From Truepera sp. (GTDB lineage: Bacteria > Deinococcota > Deinococci > Deinococcales > Trueperaceae): DNA of 64,000 nt. The translations under genes and the position numbers were made by a program. Of the stretch, positions 43,162 through 53,176 are shown piece by piece; the first letter of the stretch is position 1; each line of letters begins with the position of its first letter. Location of the stretch: positions 2,944,001 through 3,008,000 of the forward strand of contig CBDCKW010000009.1 in the NCBI GenBank assembly GCA_965218435.1. The letters are read 5' to 3'. Below the pieces are notes generated by a model. That model was not told where the DNA came from, searched no databases, and was given only the letters and a program-made list of their open reading frames with translations.

Positions 43162-43634
43162 GAAAGGAGTCAGAACACAGTATTCATATTCAGTACGGTA
43201 TTCAGACTCAATACTTTGGACACTATAGAAAGCGCGTCAGAGACGGCATTTCTCAATACGACTTCTACTTAGAGGATTCGCGTCACAGACGGGCAAAGCG
43301 GATTTTGCGTCAAAACCTGTCCGGAGTATTACAGACTGAGAACCGAACAAAAGTCTGTATAGCCAACGCCGAGGTGCTAAAAGCCAAGAAGCCACGTTCT
43401 AAAAATGCCTTTATTACAGCTTTGCTAAGCGTTCGTCAACTCAAACGAGGTTTTCACAAGCTCGAGCTGTCTCACGTCAGGCACGGGCTTATTCAGCGCA
43501 GGTGAAGCTCGTCCGGATTTCAGGTTCAGAAAGTGCTGAGTCAGTGGAGGCAAACGCGTCTTTCAGACACTCAAAACGTGATTATCAAAGCTGCGATCAA
43601 CCCAGTTTAGCTGCTCGCCGGAAAAGCTTCGAGC

Positions 43635-44786
43635 TTACGACCCACCCGCAACCAGCTTGTGCGGCAGTTTGGTCAGCACCTCAGCGCCCGTTTCGGTTAC
43701 AACGACCACGTCCTCGAGCCTGACCCCGCCCACACCCGGCAGGTACACCCCCGGCTCGATGGTCATCACCATACCGGGCTCGAGCGTCTCGGTGACTCCT
43801 TCAGCCAGCTGGGGGATACTCTCGTGAACCTCTAAACCCAGCCCATGACCGGTTCGGTGAACAAACCACTCACCGTACCCGGCCGCTTCAATCACCCGTC
43901 GCGCCGCCCGGTCAACCTCTTGCATTGCTGCACCCGGTCCCACTGCAGCAATCGCCGCCCGGTTCGCCTCGGACACAACCTCGAACACACGGCCCAGCTC
44001 AGGATTTGGTTCTCCCAAAAAGAGCGTCCGGGTGATGTCGGCGGGGTAACCGTCTTTCCGGCCCCCGTAATCAATCAGCAGCGGTTCGCCGCTTTGGAGC
44101 GTCCGGGACGAGGGGTCGCCATGCGGCAACGCACTGTTCGGCCCGGACTGAACCAAAGGTCCAAACGCGTGACCTTCGCTGCCTTCTTCCCCCAGCAGTG
44201 CCGTCAGCCGACCTGCAATCTCTTGCTCGCTCTGTCCGGCGCTGAGTTCAGGTAAAAGCCGCCCTAGCGCCCGCTCACTCAGCGCGGTCGCCGCCCGAAT
44301 CGCGGCTAATTCACCGGGTTCTTTATGTGCCCGAAGCCTGGTTAGTTCCTTTTCAGCGCGGCGTACCTGCAATTCCGGGGCCTCAGCCAAAAGTGCCAGA
44401 TATTCGCCCGCCCGCATCGTCAGCGCGTCAATCCCGAGGACTTGCTCACGCAGCCCTAATTCGTCCAGCACGGCCCGAAACGCCCCTTCAAACCCGGCTT
44501 CATCGCTCCAGGGAAAAAGCTGAGGTGACAGCTCGGGGTGCGCCGAGAGTTGGGGGACCTCGAGTTCAGGCAACACCAGCGCCAGTCCTGTAGACGTGAT
44601 AAACGCCAGAAGAGGCCGTTCCGAAAGCCCAAACGTCAGACCGGTAAAGTAGCCCAGGTTGGCCCCCGGTACGAGCACAACCGCATCAAATCCGTCCAGC
44701 TCACGCACTTTGGCCTGCCGCGCCGCGTAATCTACCAGCTGCTTTGCCCCTCGGTTATCCTGTTGACTTAGCCCTTGTTCGGTCAT
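43635..44786 (-). CDS. Xaa-Pro peptidase (M24)
   Basis: SALPH, DITRT, HRTGHGLGLEVHE, TIEPGVY, VRLED. Confidence 0.92.
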   Translation of the reverse strand: MTEQGLSQQDNRGAKQLVDYAARQAKVRELDGFDAVVLVPGANLGYFTGLTFGLSERPLLAFITSTGLALVLPELEVPQLSAHPELSPQLFPWSDEAGFEGAFRAVLDELGLREQVLGIDALTMRAGEYLALLAEAPELQVRRAEKELTRLRAHKEPGELAAIRAATALSERALGRLLPELSAGQSEQEIAGRLTALLGEEGSEGHAFGPLVQSGPNSALPHGDPSSRTLQSGEPLLIDYGGRKDGYPADITRTLFLGEPNPELGRVFEVVSEANRAAIAAVGPGAAMQEVDRAARRVIEAAGYGEWFVHRTGHGLGLEVHESIPQLAEGVTETLEPGMVMTIEPGVYLPGVGGVRLEDVVVVTETGAEVLTKLPHKLVAGGS

Positions 44787-44898
44787 GCTCTGAAGCATAC
44801 GCCGCACCACCCGAAAAGGCTATGTGGACCTATTTAAGCTTATGCTATAAAGCTGATTTACGCCGTTTGACACACGCCTTCTAGCACCTTGAGTGCCC

Positions 44899-44927
44899 TT
44901 GACTAACCTTAAAAAATGAGGTAGAAT
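44899..44927 (+). promoter_or_regulatory. Sigma70-type promoter of the Crp/Fnr gene
   Basis: TTGACT-17-TAGAAT. Confidence 0.65.
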
Positions 44928-45009
44928 GCCTTTATTGATGAGGTGACCTAAACCAAGCTCTACAGCCACCCGCAACACACTACCCCCCAGCCACCTAAAG
45001 AGGTTTCAA

Positions 45010-45678
45010 ATGACCCAGCAAGTACCCCAAATGTTTAGCGATTCTCACCCCTTTGTTCCTGCAACTCTTGCACTCCCGACCCGCGTTTTAGAGGCCGACG
45101 ACGTGCTATACGAAGAAGGCCGCGACGCCTCATCTTTGTACCTTGTGAGCAGCGGCGTGCTTAAAGCCGTCGTCCCGACGTCGATGGGCAAAGAACGTAT
45201 CGCCGACCTTTACGGCCCCGGTGATGTGCTCGGTACCGCCGCCTTGGACGGCGGTCAACACGCCGAAACCGTGATTGCCGTTCACGACGCGCAGCTCGTC
45301 CCACTCGACCCCGCGCAAGCGATGAACGACCGCGTGCTCCGCGACCACATCTTGCGTAGCCTCGCGCGCCAACTCCGGCACGCTCGCCAAGGCATTGACG
45401 ACGCCGAGCTCCCGGTCGGTGCCCGCGTGACCAAAGCGTTTTTACGGCTCGTCGAGCGGTTCGGGCAAGCGTCTGATACCGGCGAAGGCGTCAAGCTGCC
45501 GCTCGCCCTCACGCACGAAGACCTGGCGTCACTGACGGGTTCGTCCCGCGTGACGATCACCCGGATTTTGGGTGAACTCCGGCACGAAGGCGCGTTGTCC
45601 GGGACGCGCGGCGTCTACTACGCCAACCCGCAGGGCCTCGAGGCCGCCACCGACGACTACGTGATGCAAGTCCTGTAA
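45010..45678 (+). CDS. Crp/Fnr-family regulator
   Basis: cNMP-like N-terminal domain; LTHEDLASLTGSSRVTITRIL HTH. Confidence 0.9.
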   Translation: MTQQVPQMFSDSHPFVPATLALPTRVLEADDVLYEEGRDASSLYLVSSGVLKAVVPTSMGKERIADLYGPGDVLGTAALDGGQHAETVIAVHDAQLVPLDPAQAMNDRVLRDHILRSLARQLRHARQGIDDAELPVGARVTKAFLRLVERFGQASDTGEGVKLPLALTHEDLASLTGSSRVTITRILGELRHEGALSGTRGVYYANPQGLEAATDDYVMQVL

Positions 45679-45750
45679 AGCGTCGAATTTGAGCTGCGAG
45701 CGTTGCTGTACAGCAACGCTCGCAGCTTTTTTGCTTGCTATAGTCACCCT

Positions 45751-46698
45751 ATGAAACTGCTCTATCCGACCTCGCTCGAGTTAGCTACTGGGAGGCTCGA
45801 GGGTTTTGGTGTCAACTTGTGCCCTTACGATGTCAAGCAGGTCCTCCCTACAGAGCACCACGACGCCGAAGTGCTCGTCACTTGGGGCAACAGCGCCGCG
45901 ATGCTCGAGGGCGCAGCCAAGAAGCTCTCCAACCTCCGCTGGGTTCAGTCGCTGGCCGCCGGCCCTAACGACATTTTAAGAGCTGGATTTGCCGAGGACA
46001 TTACAGTGACCACCGGCAGCGGTCTTCATGACCACACCGTCGCGGAGCACACCCTCGGCCTCCTCTTAAACGCCGCGCGGCGTTTTTACGAGATGCGCGA
46101 CTTTCAAGCCCAGCGCCGCTGGCCGGGGCACTTGGGTGGCCCGCAACCTGACCGACCCAAAGACGCCTTTCGAACGCTGCAAGACGCTAGCGTGCTCGTG
46201 TGGGGTTACGGCAACATTGCCCAAACCCTCGCGCCACACTTGAAACTGTTGGGCGCACACGTCCGGGGCGTCGCCCGCACCGCCGGAGTCAGAGACGGCA
46301 CCGAGGTTTTAACTGAGGCTGACCTGCCGGAGCTGCTCCCACAAACCGACGCACTGGTGATGATCTTGCCCGGTTCGGAAGCGACGCGTCACGCCCTTTC
46401 AAAAGAACGTTTGGCCCTTTTGCCCCGTCACGCCTGGGTGGTCAATGTTGGGCGCGGCACCGCAGTAGATGAAGCGGCGCTCGTCCACGCCCTGCAGACA
46501 GGCAAACTCGGCGGCGCGGCGCTCGATGTGTTTGACACCGAGCCGCTCCCGGAAAGCTCACCGCTCTGGGACGCGCCTAACCTAATCGTATCGCCACACG
46601 CAGCCGGGGGGCGACCGCAGGGCGCAGAAGCCCTAATCGCTGAAAACTTGAGACGGTTTCTGGCAGGACAGCCGCTAAACAACGTGATTGGGCGTTAA
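45751..46698 (+). CDS. D-isomer-specific 2-hydroxyacid dehydrogenase
   Basis: VAEH, GYGNIA, NVGRG, LDVFDTEPLP, SPHAAG. Confidence 0.9.
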   Translation: MKLLYPTSLELATGRLEGFGVNLCPYDVKQVLPTEHHDAEVLVTWGNSAAMLEGAAKKLSNLRWVQSLAAGPNDILRAGFAEDITVTTGSGLHDHTVAEHTLGLLLNAARRFYEMRDFQAQRRWPGHLGGPQPDRPKDAFRTLQDASVLVWGYGNIAQTLAPHLKLLGAHVRGVARTAGVRDGTEVLTEADLPELLPQTDALVMILPGSEATRHALSKERLALLPRHAWVVNVGRGTAVDEAALVHALQTGKLGGAALDVFDTEPLPESSPLWDAPNLIVSPHAAGGRPQGAEALIAENLRRFLAGQPLNNVIGR

Positions 46699-46717
46699 CT
46701 GCAGCTATGCTTAACCG

Positions 46718-46987
46718 ATGAACGTACTTTACAACTCAGCCCAAAACCGCTTTGAAATCGCCCTAGGCGGCGGCGCAGTAGCTGAACTCGACTATATCCG
46801 CAAACCCGGTACCTTAACGATTACGCACACCTACGTTCCACCTAAATTTGAAGGCCGGGGAATTGCCAGCAAGCTGACCCAAGAAGCGTTAGCGTACGCG
46901 TCTCGAGAGGGCCTCGAGGTCATCCCCCTCTGCTCGTTTGCGGTGAGTTACCTGGCGCGTCAAAACCGCAGAACTCAGAACGCCTGA
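46718..46987 (+). CDS. Small GNAT (YjdJ-like) protein
   Basis: THTYVP..EGRGIASKL, IPLCSF. Confidence 0.85.
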   Translation: MNVLYNSAQNRFEIALGGGAVAELDYIRKPGTLTITHTYVPPKFEGRGIASKLTQEALAYASREGLEVIPLCSFAVSYLARQNRRTQNA

Positions 46988-46999
46988 GCCGAGTTAAGT

Positions 47000-48256
47000 T
47001 TAGGCACCCCTGGCACGGACACCGCGCCCCAAAATCAGCGCCGCCGCTCGCTCGCCGCTCTCCATTGCTCCCTGAACCGAACTCATGCTGGTCGCCTCTG
47101 AAGCGATGAGGACGTTGGGCATGGACGTCTCGTTGTCCGGTAGCGCCGCGCTGAAGCCGGCAGGTTGCGCAAATTGGGCAAAAGGGATACGGATGACCTT
47201 TAACAGGCGCAACTGCGACACCGCGCCACCGTACCAGGCACTGAGTTCATACCTCACTTCCCGGTCCAGTTCCTGATCATCCAGACCTTCTGCGCCGAGC
47301 GCCGTCACCGACAACAGGTGCTCACCCGGCGGGGCCAACAGCGGGTTGACGTTACTCAGCCAAAGCGCGTTGTTGACGTAGCCCTCAGCAGCGTTTAAGA
47401 GCAGGCGTAGTTCGGCGTCAAGGCGCACAGCTGAGGCGTAGTAGAGGTAGGTGCTGCCGACGCCCTCGGTAGGTACGCTGACGCCGGTCAACCGCTCGAG
47501 TTCAGGCGGGTCGGTCGCCAAGATAACGTGGGTGGCCCCAAACTTTTCCCCTTCAGTCTCTACGGTGACGCCGTTCGTGTGGGGCTCGAGCCCCGTCACT
47601 TTGGTACCAAACCTGATCTCTAACCCCTCAGCGAGCTGCTGCGTGATGCGGCCGACGCCACCCCTCGGCAAGGCAATCTGGCCGTCTAAGAGCATCCGAA
47701 AGTAATAACGAAAAAGCCGCGCACTCGTCCTCAGGTCACGCCGTAAAAAGATGCCGCCAAAAAAAGGGGCGAAAAACCGTTCGATAACCCGCTCTGAAAA
47801 CCCGTAACGCCGTAAAAAATCATGTGTCGGTTCGTCTTTACCTATAAGCAGGTGAGGGGTCGGCGCACTTTTAAGCGTCGCCGCGAGTGCCAGCACCCTG
47901 GCTCGGTCGGGCCAGCTGAGACTTTTGGCTTGCAACGTCCCGCTGAGACTGCCGGGGTCACGGCCAACGGTTTCACGTGAGCGCCCCTGACAGATGACCG
48001 CCGCCGGAGGAAGCAAAACGAGGTCCAGGCGTTTGAGGTCTAAGTTACGCGCTACAGCGGGGTAGGCGGTAAACAAAACCTGAAACCCGGCGTCAAGGGT
48101 AAAGCCGTCTTGCATCACCGAATAGACGCGGCCGCCGAGATGAGACCTAGCCTCGAGCACCCGCACACTAACACCCGCCAGCCGCAGCTGCCGCGCCGCC
48201 GTTAACCCGGCTAGCCCCGCGCCGACAACTACCACGTTTGTCTTACGCTGAGTCAC
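47000..48256 (-). CDS. FAD-dependent oxidoreductase (amine-oxidase family)
   Basis: VVVGAGLAGL, LEA..GGRV, LDAGFQV, GAMESG; GTG at 48256 after TAAGCT. Confidence 0.88.
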   Translation of the reverse strand: MTQRKTNVVVVGAGLAGLTAARQLRLAGVSVRVLEARSHLGGRVYSVMQDGFTLDAGFQVLFTAYPAVARNLDLKRLDLVLLPPAAVICQGRSRETVGRDPGSLSGTLQAKSLSWPDRARVLALAATLKSAPTPHLLIGKDEPTHDFLRRYGFSERVIERFFAPFFGGIFLRRDLRTSARLFRYYFRMLLDGQIALPRGGVGRITQQLAEGLEIRFGTKVTGLEPHTNGVTVETEGEKFGATHVILATDPPELERLTGVSVPTEGVGSTYLYYASAVRLDAELRLLLNAAEGYVNNALWLSNVNPLLAPPGEHLLSVTALGAEGLDDQELDREVRYELSAWYGGAVSQLRLLKVIRIPFAQFAQPAGFSAALPDNETSMPNVLIASEATSMSSVQGAMESGERAAALILGRGVRARGA

Positions 48257-48458
48257 GCATCTTAGCTTAGCAGCCGACTGCTTAACTCTTTGGATGGTGT
48301 GACGCTTTGCCAACTGAAACATCGGCAAGAAGTTTAAGAAACCCAGTCGGGACAGCTCTAAAAAACCCGTCGCAAACGACGTGCCCGAACGTTTGGAGAC
48401 AGGGGCGCTAAGGTAGACTAAAGCTATGTTCGCCCGTCAGGGGCGCTGAGGAGGAAAG

Positions 48459-49844
48459 ATGGATTATCAAGTGCTGATTATCGGAGCGGGGCCGGGAGGC
48501 TACCACGCCGCTATTCGCGCCGCGCAGCTCGGTCAGAAAACCGCTTGTGTTGAAGACACCTATGTGGGCGGCGTCTGCCTTAATGTCGGCTGTATTCCAA
48601 CAAAGGCCCTGTTACACGTGGCTGAAGATTTGCGCGAAGCGCAGCACGCTAAGGATTACGGGATTGACTTCGGCAAGCCCAAGGTTGACCTCGAACAAGT
48701 TGACAAATGGAAAACGGGCGTCGTCAACAAGTTGACCGGCGGCGTGCGGAGCCTGTTAAAAAGCAACAAAGTTGACCTGCTCGAGGGTCACGCTGTCTTA
48801 AAAGACAAAAACACCGTCCAGGTTGGCGACAAAACTGTTACGGCTGAAAAGATCATCGTCGCCACCGGTTCCGAGCCCATCGAGATTCCAGGGTTTGAAA
48901 CAAACGGCGAGACGATTGTCAATTCGACCGGTGCGCTCTTAGTCTCCGAGATTCCCAAACGGTTTTTGGCGATCGGTGGGAGCGCCATCGGTTTAGAGTT
49001 CTCCGACATCTATCACGCACTCGGTTCTGAGGTTACCGTCGTCGAACTGATGGACGAGATCGTCCCGACCGCTGACCGCGACGCGGCCAAAGAGTTACGC
49101 AAATCGTTCGATAAACGCGGCGTTAAGATTTTGACCAATACCAAAGCAGTGAGCCAGAAGAAAACAAAGGACGGGCTCGAGGTTACTTTAGAGCGTGACG
49201 GTCAAGAAGAAAAGCTCGTCGTGGATAAAATTTTGGTCGCCGTCGGGCGCAAACCACGGGGCAAAGGCATCGGTTTGGAAGAGGTGGGGGTTAAGCTCGA
49301 GCGCGGCTTTGTCCCAACCAACGCCCAGATGCAGACGAATATCCCCACCATCTACGCTATCGGCGACGTGAGCAAGCCGCCCCTATTGGCACACAAAGCC
49401 ATGAAAGAAGGTCTCGTCGCCGCCGAACACGCCGCCGGTCAACCGGCCGCTTATGACACCATCGTCCCGGCGGTTGTCTATACGAGCCCTGAACTCGCGT
49501 CGGTCGGGATGACTGAACAAGAGGCGAAAGACGCCGGACACAAGGTACGGGTCGGGACATTCCCATTAACCGCGTCGAGCCGCGCCATGACGTTAGGCGT
49601 CTCTGAGGGAATCGTCAAAGTCATCGGTGACGAAGAGACCGATTTGCTTTTAGGGTTTCACATGGTCGGCCCGAGTGCAGGCGATATGGTCTCCGAAGCG
49701 GCGCTCGCCATCGAGATGGGCGCAACCTTAGAGGACATTTCGCTCACCCAACACGCCCACCCGACCATCGCCGAGAGCTTGATGGAGGCTGCAGAAGCGG
49801 CACACGGTGTAGCGATTCATATTATAAATAGACGCCGCAAATAG
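48459..49844 (+). CDS. lpdA: Dihydrolipoyl dehydrogenase
   Basis: GGVCLNVGCIPTK, LAHKA, HAHPTIAE. Confidence 0.96.
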   Translation: MDYQVLIIGAGPGGYHAAIRAAQLGQKTACVEDTYVGGVCLNVGCIPTKALLHVAEDLREAQHAKDYGIDFGKPKVDLEQVDKWKTGVVNKLTGGVRSLLKSNKVDLLEGHAVLKDKNTVQVGDKTVTAEKIIVATGSEPIEIPGFETNGETIVNSTGALLVSEIPKRFLAIGGSAIGLEFSDIYHALGSEVTVVELMDEIVPTADRDAAKELRKSFDKRGVKILTNTKAVSQKKTKDGLEVTLERDGQEEKLVVDKILVAVGRKPRGKGIGLEEVGVKLERGFVPTNAQMQTNIPTIYAIGDVSKPPLLAHKAMKEGLVAAEHAAGQPAAYDTIVPAVVYTSPELASVGMTEQEAKDAGHKVRVGTFPLTASSRAMTLGVSEGIVKVIGDEETDLLLGFHMVGPSAGDMVSEAALAIEMGATLEDISLTQHAHPTIAESLMEAAEAAHGVAIHIINRRRK

Positions 49845-49915
49845 GCTTCTACCTCAAAAAACGAAGAGCTGCCGTCAGTTAGCGGGCAGCTCTCGAACAT
49901 TTCTGCACGTTTAAC

Positions 49916-50566
49916 TCAGGCAGGACGCAGCAACACCCGAATAGGCGACGCGTCACCCCCAACGATTTTAAGCGGTAGCGCAGCCAGCTCAAACTGTCCC
50001 TCGCGGACGTTTCTTAGATCAAGACCTTCGATCACCCAAATACCCGCACCTAAAAGTATTCTATGCGTGTGGTACGTAGCGGCGAAGGGCGCAACGGACA
50101 GGTAATCCACGCCGACAAGAGCAGTTTCGCGCTCAGCTAGATAACTCGCAGCTTCGGCAGAGACGGCAATATAGTTTTCGTCAAAGGGCTCGGTAAGCCA
50201 GTCCCTAGCTGAATTTTTGGTCTTAAAAAATAAGCGTTCGCCTGGTTTTAGCTCACCGGCCCTCGCTTCGTACGCTCTGATTTGGGCGCTCGAGATCACT
50301 TCTCCTATTATCTCAGCGACCCTGACCGGGCCAAACATCGCTTCAAACGGTGCGGCGGTAATATCGGCCCCGTCTTGGTAAAAATGCAGCGGCGCGTCCA
50401 TATGGGTGCCGGTATGGACACTCATCGTCAACGTGCTGACGTTCGAGCTTTTGCCCTCCTCCATACTGCTGGTACGGCGACGTTCTGTTTGCGGCTGCCC
50501 CGGCCAGACGACCATCTCGGGGGTGATCGGCCAGGTGACGTCGAGCCACGCGCTGCTTTGCGGCAC
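49916..50566 (-). CDS. Cyclase/kynurenine formamidase family protein
   Basis: HTGTHMDAP, GVDYLS, IEGL, GGDASPIR; GTG just after the SDR stop. Confidence 0.85.
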   Translation of the reverse strand: MPQSSAWLDVTWPITPEMVVWPGQPQTERRRTSSMEEGKSSNVSTLTMSVHTGTHMDAPLHFYQDGADITAAPFEAMFGPVRVAEIIGEVISSAQIRAYEARAGELKPGERLFFKTKNSARDWLTEPFDENYIAVSAEAASYLAERETALVGVDYLSVAPFAATYHTHRILLGAGIWVIEGLDLRNVREGQFELAALPLKIVGGDASPIRVLLRPA

Positions 50567-50573
50567 TTGGCGT

Positions 50574-51383
50574 TTAACCGAACGCGGTCTGCACCGCGCC
50601 GCCGTCAACGCGGTAATTTGCACCATCGACGTACATCGCCAGGTCGGAACACAAAAAGGCGATGACGTTGGCGACCTCTTGAGGTTTACCACGCCGTTTA
50701 AGGGTAATGCCGGGGCGATCTTCAGCCAAAAAGCTCTCGACCGCTTCGTCAACACTTGTATCCATTTTTTTTGCCCGCTCTTCCATCATCGCGTCGGTCA
50801 TCGGCGTCTCAACGTAGGCGGGTGACACGACGTTGACGTGAACGCCGTCGGGACCATAGGCTTTGGAAAGTCCTTTAGCCAAGTTGATAATCCCCGCTTT
50901 AGCGGCGTTGTAGGGCGTTTCTTCGACGTAAGGTTGAACGGCATTTTCAGAAGCGATGAGCACAATACGCCCGTAGCCACGTTCACGCATCCCCGGAATA
51001 AACGCTCGGCAAACCCGTACCGCACCCAGCAGGTCAACGTTGAGCGTTTCGTGCCAACCCTCATCGGTCAGCTCGAGAAAATCACCGGCATCTCCCCTGG
51101 CCCCGGCGATATTTGCGAGTACAGCCGCGCCGCCTTGTTCGTCCGCGGCGCTGAGCAACTTGTTGACCGAATCAACATCAGTCAGGTCAGCAGGGCAAAT
51201 ATATACCTCTGCGCCCGGTGCATGTTCCTCAATCTGTGCTTTAGCTTTTTGTAGCGGCCCTTCTTCAAGGTCACTGAGAAGCACTTTAGCCCCTTCAGCG
51301 GCCAAGGTCATTGCCGTGCTAAGGCCAATTCCCGAATCTGCTCCTGTTATCACAGCAAGTTTTCCGTTGAAAGCTAGGTCCAT
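50574..51383 (-). CDS. SDR oxidoreductase
   Basis: TGADSGIG, YNAAK, VDGG. Confidence 0.92.
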   Translation of the reverse strand: MDLAFNGKLAVITGADSGIGLSTAMTLAAEGAKVLLSDLEEGPLQKAKAQIEEHAPGAEVYICPADLTDVDSVNKLLSAADEQGGAAVLANIAGARGDAGDFLELTDEGWHETLNVDLLGAVRVCRAFIPGMRERGYGRIVLIASENAVQPYVEETPYNAAKAGIINLAKGLSKAYGPDGVHVNVVSPAYVETPMTDAMMEERAKKMDTSVDEAVESFLAEDRPGITLKRRGKPQEVANVIAFLCSDLAMYVDGANYRVDGGAVQTAFG

Positions 51384-51532
51384 ATAGAGGAGGTTACTGA
51401 AATAGCACTCAAAAGATTACGTGCTGAACTATAATTTTTGCAGTGAGGGCAGTGCCGAGAACTCTTTAGCTGTAGGGTGAGAAGCTCGAGCCCTATCCTA
51501 TCCTACAAATGGCGGTAGCAGTAAGCTGCATG

Positions 51533-51562
51533 AAAAAGGACACGGCTTGATTGCCGTGTCCT
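51533..51562 (-). terminator. Intrinsic terminator after the lipoprotein gene
   Basis: AGGACACGGC-AATCAA-GCCGTGTCCT followed by a T run on the minus strand. Confidence 0.75.
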
Positions 51563-51589
51563 CGTATCCTCTGTGAGTTTGAGGTTAGT

Positions 51590-52582
51590 CTACCGGTATT
51601 TAGAAAACTGCGAGTGACTTCTGAACCAGGCGTCCCGAGCTTTGGTCCAAACGGACTTGTCGGTAGTTACAGTGAAGCAGGTAGGGCTGTCTTTTTTAAG
51701 TGACTCGAGATAACGCTTGTCGCCACCGGTATAGACGACGGTATTTTTGTTGCCCCGGCAGGCACTTTCATTAAGCGGGTTGCTGTCAATCCCCGGATTC
51801 TTACCAGGGTCCATATGGCGAACATTTTTAGGCAGTAAGAAGACGTTGTTTTTAAGTGTAAGCTTGCAACCGGGCTCTCTAGTTCTCACAGTCCATTTCC
51901 ATACGGCGACGCTGCGTTTGGCGTCCATTGCAATCAGACTATTTTCGATGGTAAGCGACTGACCTTTAATGGTCTTGGTTTCTTTGCGGCAAGAAACCCC
52001 CATAAAAGCACTGTCAATTAAGACGTTGCTGACCCGGCCACTGTTGTTCCGGTCGTTTTCGATCCCGTCGTCACCGGCGTGCTTGACATAAGAATCGCGG
52101 AAGGTCCAGTTGGGGTTGTTATCTTTCCAAGTGATACCATCGCCCGTATTAAGAACTGCCACATTTTCAACAATGGCGTTTGGGGTGTTATATAGGCGAA
52201 AAACTGGGGATCCATGATAAACGTTCCACGAAGCACTAAGGCTAAGACCAATGTCATAGACACCACCCGAGAGGCAAAAAGAACCTTTGTTATCGTTGCT
52301 GAGAAAAGCGGGTGGACCGCCCACCATCTTCGCGTTCCGCGCGTCAACACGGGCGTTGCTCTGGCGGCTTACCACCACAGTCTTACCGTAAGTGCCGCTT
52401 AATTTAATAAGTTTGCCGCTGCTGTTCAAGCACGAGCTTGCTTGAGTTGCTAAAGACGTTTCGGGAACCTGGGGCTCGAGGCCGCTGTTACAAGCTGCTA
52501 AAAATACCAGAACGCTTACAAGTGCAAGATACGAGGCCCGGGTCCACACTTTTGTCCCCTTGGCGTTGACGGTGTTTTTCAA
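51590..52582 (-). CDS. Lipoprotein, probable right-handed beta-helix (pectate-lyase-like fold)
   Basis: Lipobox LAAC; N/D-rich repeats IVENV, FRDS, DDGIEND, IENS, LKNN; GAAAGGA SD. Confidence 0.7.
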   Translation of the reverse strand: MKNTVNAKGTKVWTRASYLALVSVLVFLAACNSGLEPQVPETSLATQASSCLNSSGKLIKLSGTYGKTVVVSRQSNARVDARNAKMVGGPPAFLSNDNKGSFCLSGGVYDIGLSLSASWNVYHGSPVFRLYNTPNAIVENVAVLNTGDGITWKDNNPNWTFRDSYVKHAGDDGIENDRNNSGRVSNVLIDSAFMGVSCRKETKTIKGQSLTIENSLIAMDAKRSVAVWKWTVRTREPGCKLTLKNNVFLLPKNVRHMDPGKNPGIDSNPLNESACRGNKNTVVYTGGDKRYLESLKKDSPTCFTVTTDKSVWTKARDAWFRSHSQFSKYR

Positions 52583-52597
52583 TGTGTTTTGTCCTTT

Positions 52598-52768
52598 CGA
52601 TCAGGCCACAATCGGCCCGCGCAACTCATTACCGAGTTGCGTTAGAGATGGGAAACACGCGTCCACTCGCAAGTGGCTACACGTAACCTTCTACTTGTTA
52701 CGCGCTGCGCGTTTCTTGACGTCAACAAATTGTAATTAATGTTTGAGGGGAGGCCATCCGCTCTAACG
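52598..52768 (-). ncRNA. Candidate structured cis-regulatory 5' leader RNA (unassigned family)
   Basis: Nested helices with G-U pairs valid only on the minus strand; begins just after a TACCTT -10-like box. Confidence 0.5.
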
Positions 52769-53176
52769 AAGCTAAAGGTATCCTAGGCAAATATTAAAAT
52801 TGTTAAGTGTTTATGAGCAAAAAATGAAAGATGCAATAACGAAAGTTCATGCGTAAGGGAAATTCGACGCTTTTCCTCCTCAAATTGGCTCTCATAGAAA
52901 GTCCGGGAAGTAGCGAATCACGCCGATTTTGCAGGTCTTTTTGGCAAATGTGCTTGGATAACCATGCCAATTTGTTGTGCAAAGCATTTGGTTAGTGTTT
53001 CCGGTCACCCTTGGCAGTTTAGAAATGGCGAATAAAACGCCCGACTACAGCGGTGAAGATTTGGCTGCTTATATATTCGGCGTGGTCTTATCGGGGTATC
53101 TGGAAAGGACCACCTAAAGCTGTGCCTACGCTACTGGAGCCTTGCTTTGAGTTAGCATAAACGTGAGGGGGTAACT

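Noticed and set aside
43162..43620. Long intergenic stretch with short GTATTCA repeats and small ORFs
   Set aside because: No regular period, structure or protein motif that I could support
50567..50755. Long N-terminal extension of the cyclase ORF
   Set aside because: It lies inside the SDR gene; GTG 50566 is the plausible start
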